A stretch of 64,000 nucleotides of DNA, from the NCBI GenBank assembly GCA_946221025.1, contig CAMIMS010000003.1:2512-66511 (forward strand), written 5' to 3'. Both the position numbers and the translations under genes were made by a program. Numbering within the stretch: the first letter of the stretch is position 1; each line of letters opens with the position of its first letter. Positions 28,273 through 37,693 of the stretch are shown in pieces. This DNA comes from an uncultured Pseudoclavibacter sp. (GTDB taxonomy: Bacteria > Actinomycetota > Actinomycetes > Actinomycetales > Microbacteriaceae). Under the pieces are notes generated by a model, which ran no database searches, had not been told where the DNA came from, and was given only the letters and a program-made list of their open reading frames with translations.

Positions 28273-30786
28273 ATGAACCCCCGAGAGCTGAGCCCCGCCG
28301 AACGGATGGCCGCAGCCCGAGCGCGTCGGAATCATCCCATCCTCGAACAATTCGCGGCAGAGCTGCCGTACGACCTCGACCCGTTCCAGCGCGAGGCGGG
28401 GGAGCAGCTTGAAGACGGCCACAGCGTGCTCGTGGCCGCCCCCACAGGTGCGGGCAAGACAATGGTCGCGGAATTCGCGGTCTATCTGGGAATGCGGGAT
28501 GCCCGCGACAAGATCTTTTACACCGCGCCCATTAAGGCGTTGAGCAATCAGAAATTCAACGAACTGACTGAGCGGTACGGCGCCGCCGAGGTGGGCCTTC
28601 TCACGGGCGACACCAATGTGAACCCCAGGGCGCGCATCGTGGTGATGACTACCGAAGTGCTTCGCAACATGCTCTACGCGGGCAGCGACCTGCTCGAGAA
28701 TCTCGCATTCGTCGTGATGGACGAGGTGCACTACCTCGCCGATCGGTTCCGCGGCGCGGTGTGGGAAGAGGTCATCATTCACCTGCCGCAGCACGTGCGG
28801 CTCGTCTCGCTGTCGGCGACTGTTTCCAACGCCGAAGAGTTCGGAGACTGGCTCGAAGCGGTGCGTGGCGATACCCGCGTGATCGTTTCCGAGGATCGCC
28901 CGATTCCCCTCGACTACCACGTGCTCGTCGGCAACCGCATGCTCGAACTCTTCGCTACGCGCAAGGGAAACCGCACCGACCTGGTCAACCCGGACCTCGT
29001 GCAAGCGGTACGCCAGCGCGGTCGGCCGCAGGGCCGGGGGCCGCGCTCGCGTGGCCGTGGCGGTCGTAGCGGACCGCCCCTGACGCACGCCGACCGCGTT
29101 GATCGCCCGGAGCTTGCGCGCATGCTTGACGATGCGCGGATGCTCCCGGCGATTTTCTTCATTTTCAGCCGCAAGGGATGCGACGAGGCGGTCGAGCAGG
29201 TCAAACGCGCCGGAATCTCACTCACCACGCAAGAGGAGCGCGACGAGATCGCGTGGGTCGTGGAGGAGAGCACCCGAAACCTCGATGACGAGGACCTCGC
29301 GGTCCTCGGCTACTTCGAGTGGTTCGAGGGGCTGCAGCGCGGCATTGCTGCGCATCACGCGGGGCTTCTTCCCACGTTCAAAGAGGTCGTGGAGGAACTC
29401 TTCCGGCGAAAGCTCGTGAAGCTCGTATTCGCGACCGAAACGCTCGCCCTCGGCATCAACATGCCGGCGCGCACCGTCGTTCTCGAACGACTCGAGAAGT
29501 TCAACGGTGAGTCTCGCGTGCCGATCACGCCGGGGGAGTTCACCCAGCTCACCGGCCGCGCGGGTCGCCGCGGCATCGATGTCGAAGGGCATGCGCTGGT
29601 CGTGTGGCGAGATGGCATGAACCCGCAGGCCGTCGCCTCGCTCGCCTCGAAACGCACCTACCCGCTGAACTCATCCTTCCGGCCCACCTACAACATGACC
29701 GTGAACCTCATCGACCGCTTCGGTCGGGAGCGCACCCGGGATGTGCTCGAGTCATCATTCGCGCAGTTCCAGGCCGACCGCGCGGTCGTCGATCTTGCCC
29801 GGCGAGCCGCTCAGCAGCGCGAGTCGCTCGAGGGGTACGCCGAGGCGATGCAGTGTCACCTCGGCGACTTTCTCGAGTACTCGCAGATTCGCCGCGAGCT
29901 GTCGGATGAAGAAAAGAACCGCATCCCCGAAGACGCTCCGCGGGCTCACGCGCTGCGCTCTGAGCGGCAGAAACGTCTGCACGCGCTTCGCGAGCAGATG
30001 CGCCGCCACCCCTGCCACCACTGTCCGGATCGTGAGGACCACGCCCGCTGGGCCGAACGGTACTGGCGCCTGAAGCGCGACACCGACCGGCTCGTTCGAC
30101 AGATCGATGCACGCACCGGCGCGATCGCGGCGGTGTTCGACCGGTTGGCGGACCTCCTCATCGAGCGGGGATACCTGACCGAGAGCGACCGACCACTTGA
30201 CGTCGAGGCTGACGAGCCTGCTCCGGGTGACGAGGCGTCACCCGCGAATGCCGAATCGGGCGACGACACGGTCGCGCTGACCGTGCACGGGCATACGCTC
30301 AAACGCATCTACGGCGAGCGAGACCTGCTTATCGCCGAATGCATCCGCCGCCAAGCCTGGATTCGCCTGGATGCGGCGGGGCTCGCCGCGATGGCCGCCG
30401 CGCTCGTCTACGAGCCGCGCCGAGACGAAGAGAACCCGCCAGAGCGGTTCCTCCCAAAGGGCGCATTCAGGGATGCGCTCGAGCGCACCAGCGAACTGTG
30501 GGAAGAGCTCGACGAGCTTGAAGACCGCTACCGGGTACCGCGCACCCAGCCGCTTGCGACGGGCCTCGCGCCGGCAATGCACCGCTGGGCTCGCGGGGGG
30601 CGTCTGGACTCCGTGCTCGAGCGTGCGGATATGCAGGCGGGCGACTTCGTGAGGTGGTCAAAGCAGGTGCTCGATTTGCTCGATCAGCTCGCAAAGGTCG
30701 CCGAGGGCGGGCTGCGGTCGACCGCGATTGAGGCCCAGGATGCGGTTCGTCGCGGCATCGTCGCAATGGCGAGCGTCGGCGCATGA
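28273..30786 (+). CDS. helY: Ski2-like DEAD/DEAH-box ATP-dependent RNA helicase
   Basis: APTGAGKT, DEVHY, SATVSN motifs; 837 aa; conserved position after tatC. Confidence 0.9.
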   Translation: MNPRELSPAERMAAARARRNHPILEQFAAELPYDLDPFQREAGEQLEDGHSVLVAAPTGAGKTMVAEFAVYLGMRDARDKIFYTAPIKALSNQKFNELTERYGAAEVGLLTGDTNVNPRARIVVMTTEVLRNMLYAGSDLLENLAFVVMDEVHYLADRFRGAVWEEVIIHLPQHVRLVSLSATVSNAEEFGDWLEAVRGDTRVIVSEDRPIPLDYHVLVGNRMLELFATRKGNRTDLVNPDLVQAVRQRGRPQGRGPRSRGRGGRSGPPLTHADRVDRPELARMLDDARMLPAIFFIFSRKGCDEAVEQVKRAGISLTTQEERDEIAWVVEESTRNLDDEDLAVLGYFEWFEGLQRGIAAHHAGLLPTFKEVVEELFRRKLVKLVFATETLALGINMPARTVVLERLEKFNGESRVPITPGEFTQLTGRAGRRGIDVEGHALVVWRDGMNPQAVASLASKRTYPLNSSFRPTYNMTVNLIDRFGRERTRDVLESSFAQFQADRAVVDLARRAAQQRESLEGYAEAMQCHLGDFLEYSQIRRELSDEEKNRIPEDAPRAHALRSERQKRLHALREQMRRHPCHHCPDREDHARWAERYWRLKRDTDRLVRQIDARTGAIAAVFDRLADLLIERGYLTESDRPLDVEADEPAPGDEASPANAESGDDTVALTVHGHTLKRIYGERDLLIAECIRRQAWIRLDAAGLAAMAAALVYEPRRDEENPPERFLPKGAFRDALERTSELWEELDELEDRYRVPRTQPLATGLAPAMHRWARGGRLDSVLERADMQAGDFVRWSKQVLDLLDQLAKVAEGGLRSTAIEAQDAVRRGIVAMASVGA

Positions 30787-32408
30787 CCCAAACCGCGTCG
30801 CGTCAACACCGGTTCGCCCCGGCGCCACGGCGAGATTGGATCGGCGAAACGCCACGAGTCCCCGCGTCCTCGAGAGTCGTGGCGCTCTGCGCGGCGGCAC
30901 TGTCCGGGCTTCTGCTCGCCCTGAGTTTTCCGCCCTACGGGATGTGGCCGCTTGCCCTGGTCGCGCCCGGCCTGTTCGCGTATTCGATTCGCGGCCGCGG
31001 GTTCTGGGCCGGTGCCGGACTCGGATTCGTGTCCGGCTTCGCGTTTTACACCCCGCTCGTTTCCTGGACCTCACTCTTTCTCGGGCCGGTGCCGTGGATG
31101 GCGCTCGCCGTCGCGATGGGCGGAACATTCGCCCTCGGCGGAGCGTTCATGGCGCTCGCCACCCCATCCGCAGAGGAGGATGACCGCCCCTGGTGGTCGC
31201 AGTTCGTGCTCGGCCCCCTCGTGCTCGCCGGGATCTGGACGCTTCGCGAATCACTCTTCTCGATGTGGCCGTGGGGCGGATTCGCGTGGGGGAGACTCGC
31301 GCAATCTCAGGCGGGAAGCCCCCTTGCTGAAATCGTCGCGTGGACGGGACTGTCCGCGATGGGCACGCTGATTGCCTGGTGGTCGATCGCCGGCATGGAG
31401 GTGCTGCTTGCCGCTCACCGCACACCGCGTGCGCGACCGGATCGGGTTCACCTGCCTGCGCTCGGCGCAGCGTTCGCCGTGCTCATGCTCGCGCCGTCGT
31501 GGCAGCTTCCCGAGCACGGAACCGTTCGCGTGGCCGCGGTGCAGGGGGACACTCCCGAGTCGGCGTACTTCATTCCCTCAGAGCCGGGCTACATCCTGCA
31601 GCGATACCTCGACGTGACGCGCGAAACGGTGCCAGAGAACGGGAGAGTAGAGGCGATCCTCTGGCCCGAAGGCTCGCTTGATTCCAGCCCCGAATACGTT
31701 CGTTCGACTGATCGGAAACTCCGCGGACTCAGCAGCGAATACGGTGGCGCTCCGATTGTCGCGAACACGGTCACCATTTCGGATGAGAACGGCGAAGAGC
31801 GGTATTTCAATACGCAGTTCACCCTCACCGAGGACGGATGGCAACAAGACATTCAAAAAGTGCATCCGGTTCCATTCGGCGAGTACATTCCCGAGCGGGA
31901 TTTCTTTTACCTCTTGGCACCCGATCTCGTTGGCCTCGTGGAGCGCAGCTATTCGCCGGGGGATGGATGGGTTGTGCTCGATATCGCGGGGCACCCAGCG
32001 GGCACGCTCATTTGCTTCGACGTGATCGATGACGCGGCCGCCAGGGGAGCGGTGGCCCAGGGGGCCGAGTTCCTCTACCTTCCGTCGAATAACGCCGACT
32101 TCGGGCAAACGCACGAAGCCGATCAGCAACTCGCGTTCGGCACGCTTCGCGCGATAGAGACCGGCCGCACCGTCGTGCAGGTGTCAACGGTCGGTCATAC
32201 CGTCGTTATCGGCCCGGATGGGCGGGTCAAGCAGTCGCTCAACCAGTTCGAGTCCGGAGCAATCGTGGCGGACATACCGCTCGTGTCCGGGACAACCCCG
32301 GCGCTGGTGCTCGGCCGGGCGCTTGAACTGTTGGCGAGCGGCATTGGCGCGGTCGGTCTGTTCTCGCGCCTCGATGCGCGACGGCTCGCTCGGCGTTCGC
32401 GCGCCTAG
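30783..32408 (+). CDS. lnt: apolipoprotein N-acyltransferase (no Ppm1 fusion)
   Basis: N-terminal polytopic membrane domain plus C-terminal CN-hydrolase domain (WPEGS...TLICFD); ATGA overlap with helY. Confidence 0.85.
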   Translation: MTQTASRQHRFAPAPRRDWIGETPRVPASSRVVALCAAALSGLLLALSFPPYGMWPLALVAPGLFAYSIRGRGFWAGAGLGFVSGFAFYTPLVSWTSLFLGPVPWMALAVAMGGTFALGGAFMALATPSAEEDDRPWWSQFVLGPLVLAGIWTLRESLFSMWPWGGFAWGRLAQSQAGSPLAEIVAWTGLSAMGTLIAWWSIAGMEVLLAAHRTPRARPDRVHLPALGAAFAVLMLAPSWQLPEHGTVRVAAVQGDTPESAYFIPSEPGYILQRYLDVTRETVPENGRVEAILWPEGSLDSSPEYVRSTDRKLRGLSSEYGGAPIVANTVTISDENGEERYFNTQFTLTEDGWQQDIQKVHPVPFGEYIPERDFFYLLAPDLVGLVERSYSPGDGWVVLDIAGHPAGTLICFDVIDDAAARGAVAQGAEFLYLPSNNADFGQTHEADQQLAFGTLRAIETGRTVVQVSTVGHTVVIGPDGRVKQSLNQFESGAIVADIPLVSGTTPALVLGRALELLASGIGAVGLFSRLDARRLARRSRA

Positions 32409-32764
32409 GAGCGCTTCGTTCCGCGACGCTCGCGAAGGTATGTCAGACGCTCCTCGAGGATCTCTTCCAGTTCCTCTTCGGTGCGACGCTCGAGCAGCAT
32501 GTCCCAGTGAGTACGCTGCGGTTTTTCTTCGGCCTCTTCAACTTCGACGAGGTCGCCTTCCTCATCGAGCAGGCGACCCTCCATGCCCGTCTTCGGGGAA
32601 GGCCACGTCTCGGGCACTTCCGCGTCGGCGGCGAAGGTCACGACGAACTTCTCACCCTCTTCGGTCACGAAGGTGCGGTGCTGGCGCTCAACGAGCACAA
32701 CGCCCTCATCGCTTTGGAGGCTTTGTGAGCCCAGCCGCATTCCTCGCAGACTCCGATCGGCCAT
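32405..32764 (-). CDS. rbpA: RNA polymerase-binding protein RbpA
   Basis: MADRSLRGMRLG...PRTHWDMLLERRTEEELEEIL aligns closely to mycobacterial RbpA. Confidence 0.93.
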   Translation of the reverse strand: MADRSLRGMRLGSQSLQSDEGVVLVERQHRTFVTEEGEKFVVTFAADAEVPETWPSPKTGMEGRLLDEEGDLVEVEEAEEKPQRTHWDMLLERRTEEELEEILEERLTYLRERRGTKRS

Positions 32765-32876
32765 GGCACCCTCCTTGATTGGCGGTCGCTGTCACTCCCT
32801 GTCTACCGGTTCACCTCGAAAGTCCCGTGCACATTCCCAGGCTTTCCGGTGTGTGTCTGGCGGATACACTCCGCCC

Positions 32877-33674
32877 ATGACCGTCAGCGAAGCCACGATC
32901 CCGCTTGGCAGCGGCACGCTTGATGTGCGGGAAGCGTGCGTGATCATCACCGGATCGTCCCGGGGGATCGGCGCGGAGGCTGCTCGCGTGCTCGGCGCAC
33001 GGGGCGCGAACGTCGTCGTCACCTACCGCGAGAAGGCCGCGCGCGCGAAGCGCATCGCCGACGCCATCACCGAGGCGGGGCCCGGCCGCGCCATCACCAC
33101 CCAGCTCGATCTGACGAATGCCGTCGATCGACAGCGAGTGTTCGAGACGGCCGCGAATGAGGTCGGTACGCCGAAGGTCGTTATTTTGAACGCATCCGGC
33201 GGCATGGAAATGGGTGCCGATGCTGATTACGCGATGCGGCTCAATCGGGATGCACAGCGACACATGGCCGAAGAGGCCATGAAGCACCTGCCGGAGGGTG
33301 GACGAATCGTATTCGTGACCAGTCACCAGGCGCATTTTCATCCGCACGGCCAAAGCGTTCCCGAATATCAGCCGGTCGCTGAGTCCAAGCGCGCGGGGGA
33401 GAGCGCGGTGCGCGAGCTCGTACCCGACCTGCACGCGAAGGGAATTGACCTGGTCGTCATCTCGGCCGACATGATCGAGGGAACGGCGACCGCGATGCTC
33501 ATGGAGCGCAAGCATCCGGGTGCTCTTCAAACCCGGCGCGAGCAGGTCGGGCGTCTCTGGTCGGCGGCAGAGTTTGGGGAAGAGGTCGCGAATGCGGCTA
33601 TGAACCCGATTCCGGATGGGTTGACAATCCTCATTGGGGACACATCCGATTTCGCAAACACTCCCGCGAACTGA
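32877..33674 (+). CDS. SDR-family oxidoreductase
   Basis: ITGSSRGIGAEAA glycine-rich NAD(P) motif; start MTVSEAT. Confidence 0.82.
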   Translation: MTVSEATIPLGSGTLDVREACVIITGSSRGIGAEAARVLGARGANVVVTYREKAARAKRIADAITEAGPGRAITTQLDLTNAVDRQRVFETAANEVGTPKVVILNASGGMEMGADADYAMRLNRDAQRHMAEEAMKHLPEGGRIVFVTSHQAHFHPHGQSVPEYQPVAESKRAGESAVRELVPDLHAKGIDLVVISADMIEGTATAMLMERKHPGALQTRREQVGRLWSAAEFGEEVANAAMNPIPDGLTILIGDTSDFANTPAN

Positions 33675-33727
33675 GCGATTCACCACTCGCCGAATCGAGG
33701 CGCCATTCCTCGATTACTGCGAAAACC

Positions 33728-34168
33728 CTATTCTCCGGTAGACATTTCGAATTGCTTCAGATAATCTGAGAGCACGTTAATGCGAAATCGCCAATACTGG
33801 CGCATTTGGTCAATCGTGATGGCGCCCGCGGGGGAGTCAGAGAACCCCGCCTCAACCACGCGAATCTTCGTGAGTTCCTTGGCCTCCGAAACGCGAATCG
33901 TGACGACGCTCGCGTCGCGGATACCACGGGTACGCCACGACCATCGGATGAATTCATTCTCGTGAACAGCATCAATGTGGCCATCGGCATGTCGCGACAC
34001 ACAGCCCGGAGCTTCGTCGCGAACGGAGATCGCTTCGCCATCTCGCCAACGACCAGCGAACTCGGGCCACCAGATGCCGCGATGCTCAGCGGACGCCATG
34101 ACCCGCCAGACACTCTCGAGCGGCACGCTCACGCGGTGCGAAACATCCAGGGCGGGTGATCGGTTCAT
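33728..34168 (-). CDS. SRPBCC-family protein (AHSA1/polyketide cyclase-like)
   Basis: about 146 aa; SRPBCC-like pattern; locally lower GC; start MNRSPALD chosen. Confidence 0.65.
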   Translation of the reverse strand: MNRSPALDVSHRVSVPLESVWRVMASAEHRGIWWPEFAGRWRDGEAISVRDEAPGCVSRHADGHIDAVHENEFIRWSWRTRGIRDASVVTIRVSEAKELTKIRVVEAGFSDSPAGAITIDQMRQYWRFRINVLSDYLKQFEMSTGE

Positions 34169-34225
34169 GAGAACAGTTCGGCGGCACCGCAGAAGCGGCA
34201 CCGCCGATTGAGGACTGGAGTGGGC

Positions 34226-34414
34226 CTAGTGGTTGTCCTTGCGGCTGTGGCCGATGATCTGCCACGGGATGAAGAACGCGATCGAGTTCAGCAGGATGCC
34301 GGCGGTGAACACGAGCAGCGCGAGCGTGTCGGAGTCCATCTGGAACGCCAAGCCGTAGCAGGCGCAGCCCAGCAGGAAGATGCCCACGCAGACGATGGTG
34401 AGAATGATGCTCAC
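34226..34414 (-). CDS. small 2-TM membrane peptide (63 aa, hypothetical)
   Basis: GTG start preceded by AAGGAG RBS (7-nt spacing); two hydrophobic helices. Confidence 0.5.
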   Translation of the reverse strand: MSIILTIVCVGIFLLGCACYGLAFQMDSDTLALLVFTAGILLNSIAFFIPWQIIGHSRKDNH

Positions 34415-34530
34415 GTGAAAACTCCTTGAAGTGCCCGAGAAACGCTCCAACGAGTTTAACCGACCCGTCGCCAGCCGATGGGCACCGCAGCGGTGTGCTC
34501 AGCTCCCGCTCGTGCACCGGGATGACATCC

Positions 34531-34567
34531 GATAATGCACATTATGACAATCAAAGATTGTCAGAAT
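34531..34567. promoter_or_regulatory. AT-rich double palindrome GATAATgcacATTATg / TGACAATC-aaa-GATTGTCA (candidate Fur-family-like operator)
   Basis: perfect 8-bp arms seen directly; about 85 bp upstream of the zinc-ribbon gene and divergent from the small membrane peptide gene. Confidence 0.4.
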
Positions 34568-34647
34568 GTGCCCTTTGCTGCGGCCGGCGGAAACTGCGGC
34601 CCTGCCACTCCCCGGGTGGGCTGGTGATCGGCACAGGTGGATGTGGG

Positions 34648-34896
34648 ATGCTCGCGAGCATGTTTTTCGTGGTCGGGTCAGCTCCGTCGCTCAAGGACGC
34701 CGGTGAGGTGAACACGCGCTGTCGGCTTTGCGGGCAGTTCGCGAGGCAGCGCGTCACGAAGCGTTCGCAGCGGGTGAACCTCTTTTTCGTGCTGCCAGTT
34801 GCGTCGTTTGGAACCCGATATGTGCTCGAGTGCAGTGCCTGCCACGGCATCGACGTGCTCGACAAGGACCAGGCACGCGACGCCGGTATTCGATAA
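34648..34896 (+). CDS. zinc-ribbon domain protein (CxxC...CxxC, zinc_ribbon_15-like)
   Basis: CRLCGQ...VNLFFVLPV...ECSACHG resembles the small actinobacterial zinc-ribbon family; AGGTGG RBS upstream of ATG 34648. Confidence 0.6.
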   Translation: MLASMFFVVGSAPSLKDAGEVNTRCRLCGQFARQRVTKRSQRVNLFFVLPVASFGTRYVLECSACHGIDVLDKDQARDAGIR

Positions 34897-34923
34897 AGAC
34901 CGATTTCAGCGGTCGCGACTCCC

Positions 34924-36378
34924 CTAGGTGCCGCAGAACGTGACGACCGAAGGCGCATCCGGCGCGGGCGCCGGTAGCAGCTCATCCGCTTCGGCACTCA
35001 GCTTGAACGGTGAGCGCAACGCGTCGAGCACGCGCTCTGTCGGTTCGAGATCGCCCGCTTCGGCAGCCCGCAGCACCTCATCGAGCACGTGATTTCGTGG
35101 GGTGACCGTGGGGTTCGCAAGCCGCATCCGCTCGAGTGAGGCATCCCCCTCCCCCTCAGACGTGGCGATGGTTGCCAGGCGCCGGTCGTTCAAGGCATCG
35201 AATCGAGCCGTATCGCGCACGAGACCGCGGGCCGAACCGTCAGCGAGGCCGCGGAAGAACAGCGTGAAATCGGGCTGCTCATCCCGGAGAATCGCGAGGC
35301 ACTCCGCCTGCAGGTCAGTGTCGGGTTCGGCAAGGCCGAGCTTCGCGGCGAACCCGGATGTGAACGCTGCCTCGTATTCGCGCGGGAATCCGTTGATCGC
35401 GTCAATGGCCAAATTGGTCGCGGTTTCGCGATCAGAGTCGAGCAACGGGATGAGCGTCTCGGCGAATCTCGTGAGGTTCCACTGCGCTGCCAACGGCTGA
35501 TTGCCGTAGCGGTATCGCCCACCGGTATCGATCGAACTGAACCAGGCGTCATCGTCGTACGTGTCGACGAACGCGCACGGCCCGTAATCAATCGTTTCGC
35601 CGGAGATCGTCATGTTGTCGGTGTTCATGACCCCGTGCACGAACCCGACGAGCATCCACTCCGCGACGAGCTTCGCCTGGGCGGAAATCACCTGCTCGAG
35701 AAGCGCGAGCGGCGGATTGTCAGATTCGGCGGCGATCGGCCAGTGCCGCTCGATCGCGTAGTCGGTGAGCGCCTGCATCCGCCCATCGACACCGGTCGCG
35801 GCCGCGAACTGGAAGGTGCCGACGCGCAGGTGGCTCGACGCGACCCGGCACACCAGCGCACCGGTCCCCTCGTCGCGCCCTCGGCGCACCCGCTCCCCCG
35901 TCGTGACCACGCCGAGCACGCGCGTTGTGGGAATGCCGACGGCTTCCATCCATTCGCTGACGAGGTATTCGCGAAGCATTGGCCCAAGGAGCGCCCGGCC
36001 GTCGCCGGCGCGACTGAAGGGAGTGAGCCCCGCGCCCTTCACGTGCAGGTCGACGAGCTCGCCGGTCGGAGTGGTCAACTCCCCCACGAGCACCGCTCGG
36101 CCGTCTCCAAGCAGTGGCGAATACATCCCGAATTGATGCCCCGCATACGCCTGCGAGTAGGTGCGCTGCCCTTCGGGCGCCCGCCCGGTCAGCAGCAACA
36201 CGCCTTCATCACTTCTGAGAAAGTCAGTGTCGAGTCCGAGTTCGGCAACGAGCGACTCATTCAGGAAGGCAAGCTCGGGATCTGGCCATTCCGACGCGCG
36301 AACCTGCCGCGACATGCCGCGCACCCGCTCCGCATACGAATGGCGCAGGGCCGGCCAATACGCGCTGCTCTTCCCCAT
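34924..36378 (-). CDS. selO: protein adenylyltransferase SelO (YdiU/UPF0061)
   Basis: YAGHQFG, GDGRA, HGVMNTDNMTI(S)GETIDYGP are SelO motifs; start MGKSSAYW with GGGTGA RBS. Confidence 0.88.
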   Translation of the reverse strand: MGKSSAYWPALRHSYAERVRGMSRQVRASEWPDPELAFLNESLVAELGLDTDFLRSDEGVLLLTGRAPEGQRTYSQAYAGHQFGMYSPLLGDGRAVLVGELTTPTGELVDLHVKGAGLTPFSRAGDGRALLGPMLREYLVSEWMEAVGIPTTRVLGVVTTGERVRRGRDEGTGALVCRVASSHLRVGTFQFAAATGVDGRMQALTDYAIERHWPIAAESDNPPLALLEQVISAQAKLVAEWMLVGFVHGVMNTDNMTISGETIDYGPCAFVDTYDDDAWFSSIDTGGRYRYGNQPLAAQWNLTRFAETLIPLLDSDRETATNLAIDAINGFPREYEAAFTSGFAAKLGLAEPDTDLQAECLAILRDEQPDFTLFFRGLADGSARGLVRDTARFDALNDRRLATIATSEGEGDASLERMRLANPTVTPRNHVLDEVLRAAEAGDLEPTERVLDALRSPFKLSAEADELLPAPAPDAPSVVTFCGT

Positions 36379-36512
36379 CGAAATCACCCTTTCGCCGCAT
36401 TCACGAAGCCCAAAACAGGCTATCCGCCGGGGGTGCGAGCCCATGCCCCAATCATCCGGATGCGCCGAATCGCTCGATCGTGCGATTACGCTTACGCGCG
36501 CGCCACCGCCGG

Positions 36513-36541
36513 GCGAATGCACCATCGGTCGACGCATTCGC
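36513..36541. promoter_or_regulatory. inverted repeat GCGAATGC-N13-GCATTCGC, 22 bp upstream of the DUF808 gene
   Basis: perfect 8-bp arms seen directly in the selO/DUF808 divergent region. Confidence 0.3.
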
Positions 36542-36563
36542 ATCCCCTACCCCAAGGAGACCC

Positions 36564-37619
36564 ATGAGCGGTGGACTTGCTGCCCTCCTCGACGACATCG
36601 CCGCACTCGCGCGCGCGGCAGCGGCAAGCGTCGACGACGTTGCCGCCGCCGCAGGCAAAGCGAGCGTGAAAGCCACCGGCATCGTCGTCGACGACACCGC
36701 CGTTGTGCCTCAGTACATGCAGGGCATTCGACCCGAGCGCGAACTACCGATGATCTGGCGCATCGCGAAGGGATCGCTGTTCAACAAGCTCGTGATCATC
36801 CTCCCGGTGGCGATGCTGCTCAGTCAGTTCGCGCCGATTCTGCTGACACCGATACTCATGCTCGGCGGCACCTTCCTCGCATTCGAGGGCGCCGAGAAGG
36901 TGTGGGAGCTGATCACAGGCAAGGGCCATGACACCGAGGAGTCGAACCCCGATCGGCAGGTTGAGGGCCAGCAGGATGAAGACACGATCGTCAAGAACGC
37001 GATCCGCACCGACATCATCCTCTCGGCCGAGATCATGGTGCTCTCACTGAACGATGTCGCGGACCGCACATTCTGGATGCGCCTTGCGGTCATGATCGTC
37101 ATCGCCCTGTTCATGACGGTCATGGTGTACGGCGTTGTCGCGCTCATCGTGAAGCTCGACGATGTGGGCCTTCGCATGATGCGGCGCGAGGGCGGGTCGA
37201 AACTCGGTGAGCTGCTCGTGAAGGCAATGCCGATCGTGCTCGCGATCCTCCAGTACGTCGGCATGGTCGCGATGCTCTGGGTCGGTGGGCACATTCTGCT
37301 CCAGGGCACGCACGACCTCGGCTGGACGACCCCGTTCGACCTCGTTCACAGCGCCGAGCACTGGGTGTCAGGCCTCGTTCCGGCCGCCATCGCCCCGGTT
37401 GTCGGATGGATCACGGAGACGTTCATCTCGGCGATTGTCGGATTCGTCGTCGGCTCGATCGTTGCCGGCATCGTGTCGCTCTTCCACCGCGACCAGGGCG
37501 ATACGGATCGGGATGGGCAGCCTCGCGATGCGCAATCGTCTCGCGCGGCCGGTGCTCGCAAGACGACGCGCACCGACCAGCCGAATGCCAGCGGCTCGAC
37601 GGCAATCACCGCGCAATAG
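36564..37619 (+). CDS. DUF808 family inner-membrane protein (YedI-like)
   Basis: AKGSLFNKLVIILPVAMLL...AEIMVLSL typical DUF808; AAGGAG RBS. Confidence 0.8.
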   Translation: MSGGLAALLDDIAALARAAAASVDDVAAAAGKASVKATGIVVDDTAVVPQYMQGIRPERELPMIWRIAKGSLFNKLVIILPVAMLLSQFAPILLTPILMLGGTFLAFEGAEKVWELITGKGHDTEESNPDRQVEGQQDEDTIVKNAIRTDIILSAEIMVLSLNDVADRTFWMRLAVMIVIALFMTVMVYGVVALIVKLDDVGLRMMRREGGSKLGELLVKAMPIVLAILQYVGMVAMLWVGGHILLQGTHDLGWTTPFDLVHSAEHWVSGLVPAAIAPVVGWITETFISAIVGFVVGSIVAGIVSLFHRDQGDTDRDGQPRDAQSSRAAGARKTTRTDQPNASGSTAITAQ

Positions 37620-37635
37620 CGCTCCGTCAACGCGA

Positions 37636-37674
37636 GAAGCGGGGTGGCCATCGTCGTGATGACCACCCCGCTTC
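37636..37674. terminator. bidirectional terminator hairpin
   Basis: perfect 12-bp stem GAAGCGGGGTGG / CCACCCCGCTTC with 15-nt loop between convergent genes. Confidence 0.6.
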
Positions 37675-37693
37675 GCGTATCTCCAGCGTCGGT

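Noticed and set aside
27967-29088. 373-aa ORF on the - strand
   Set aside because: Antisense to tatC/helY
34426-34647. N-terminal extension of the zinc-ribbon ORF (MKCPRNAPTSL...)
   Set aside because: Reads through the AT-rich operator-containing spacer with no protein-like composition; homology to small zinc-ribbon proteins begins at MLASMFFV (34648)
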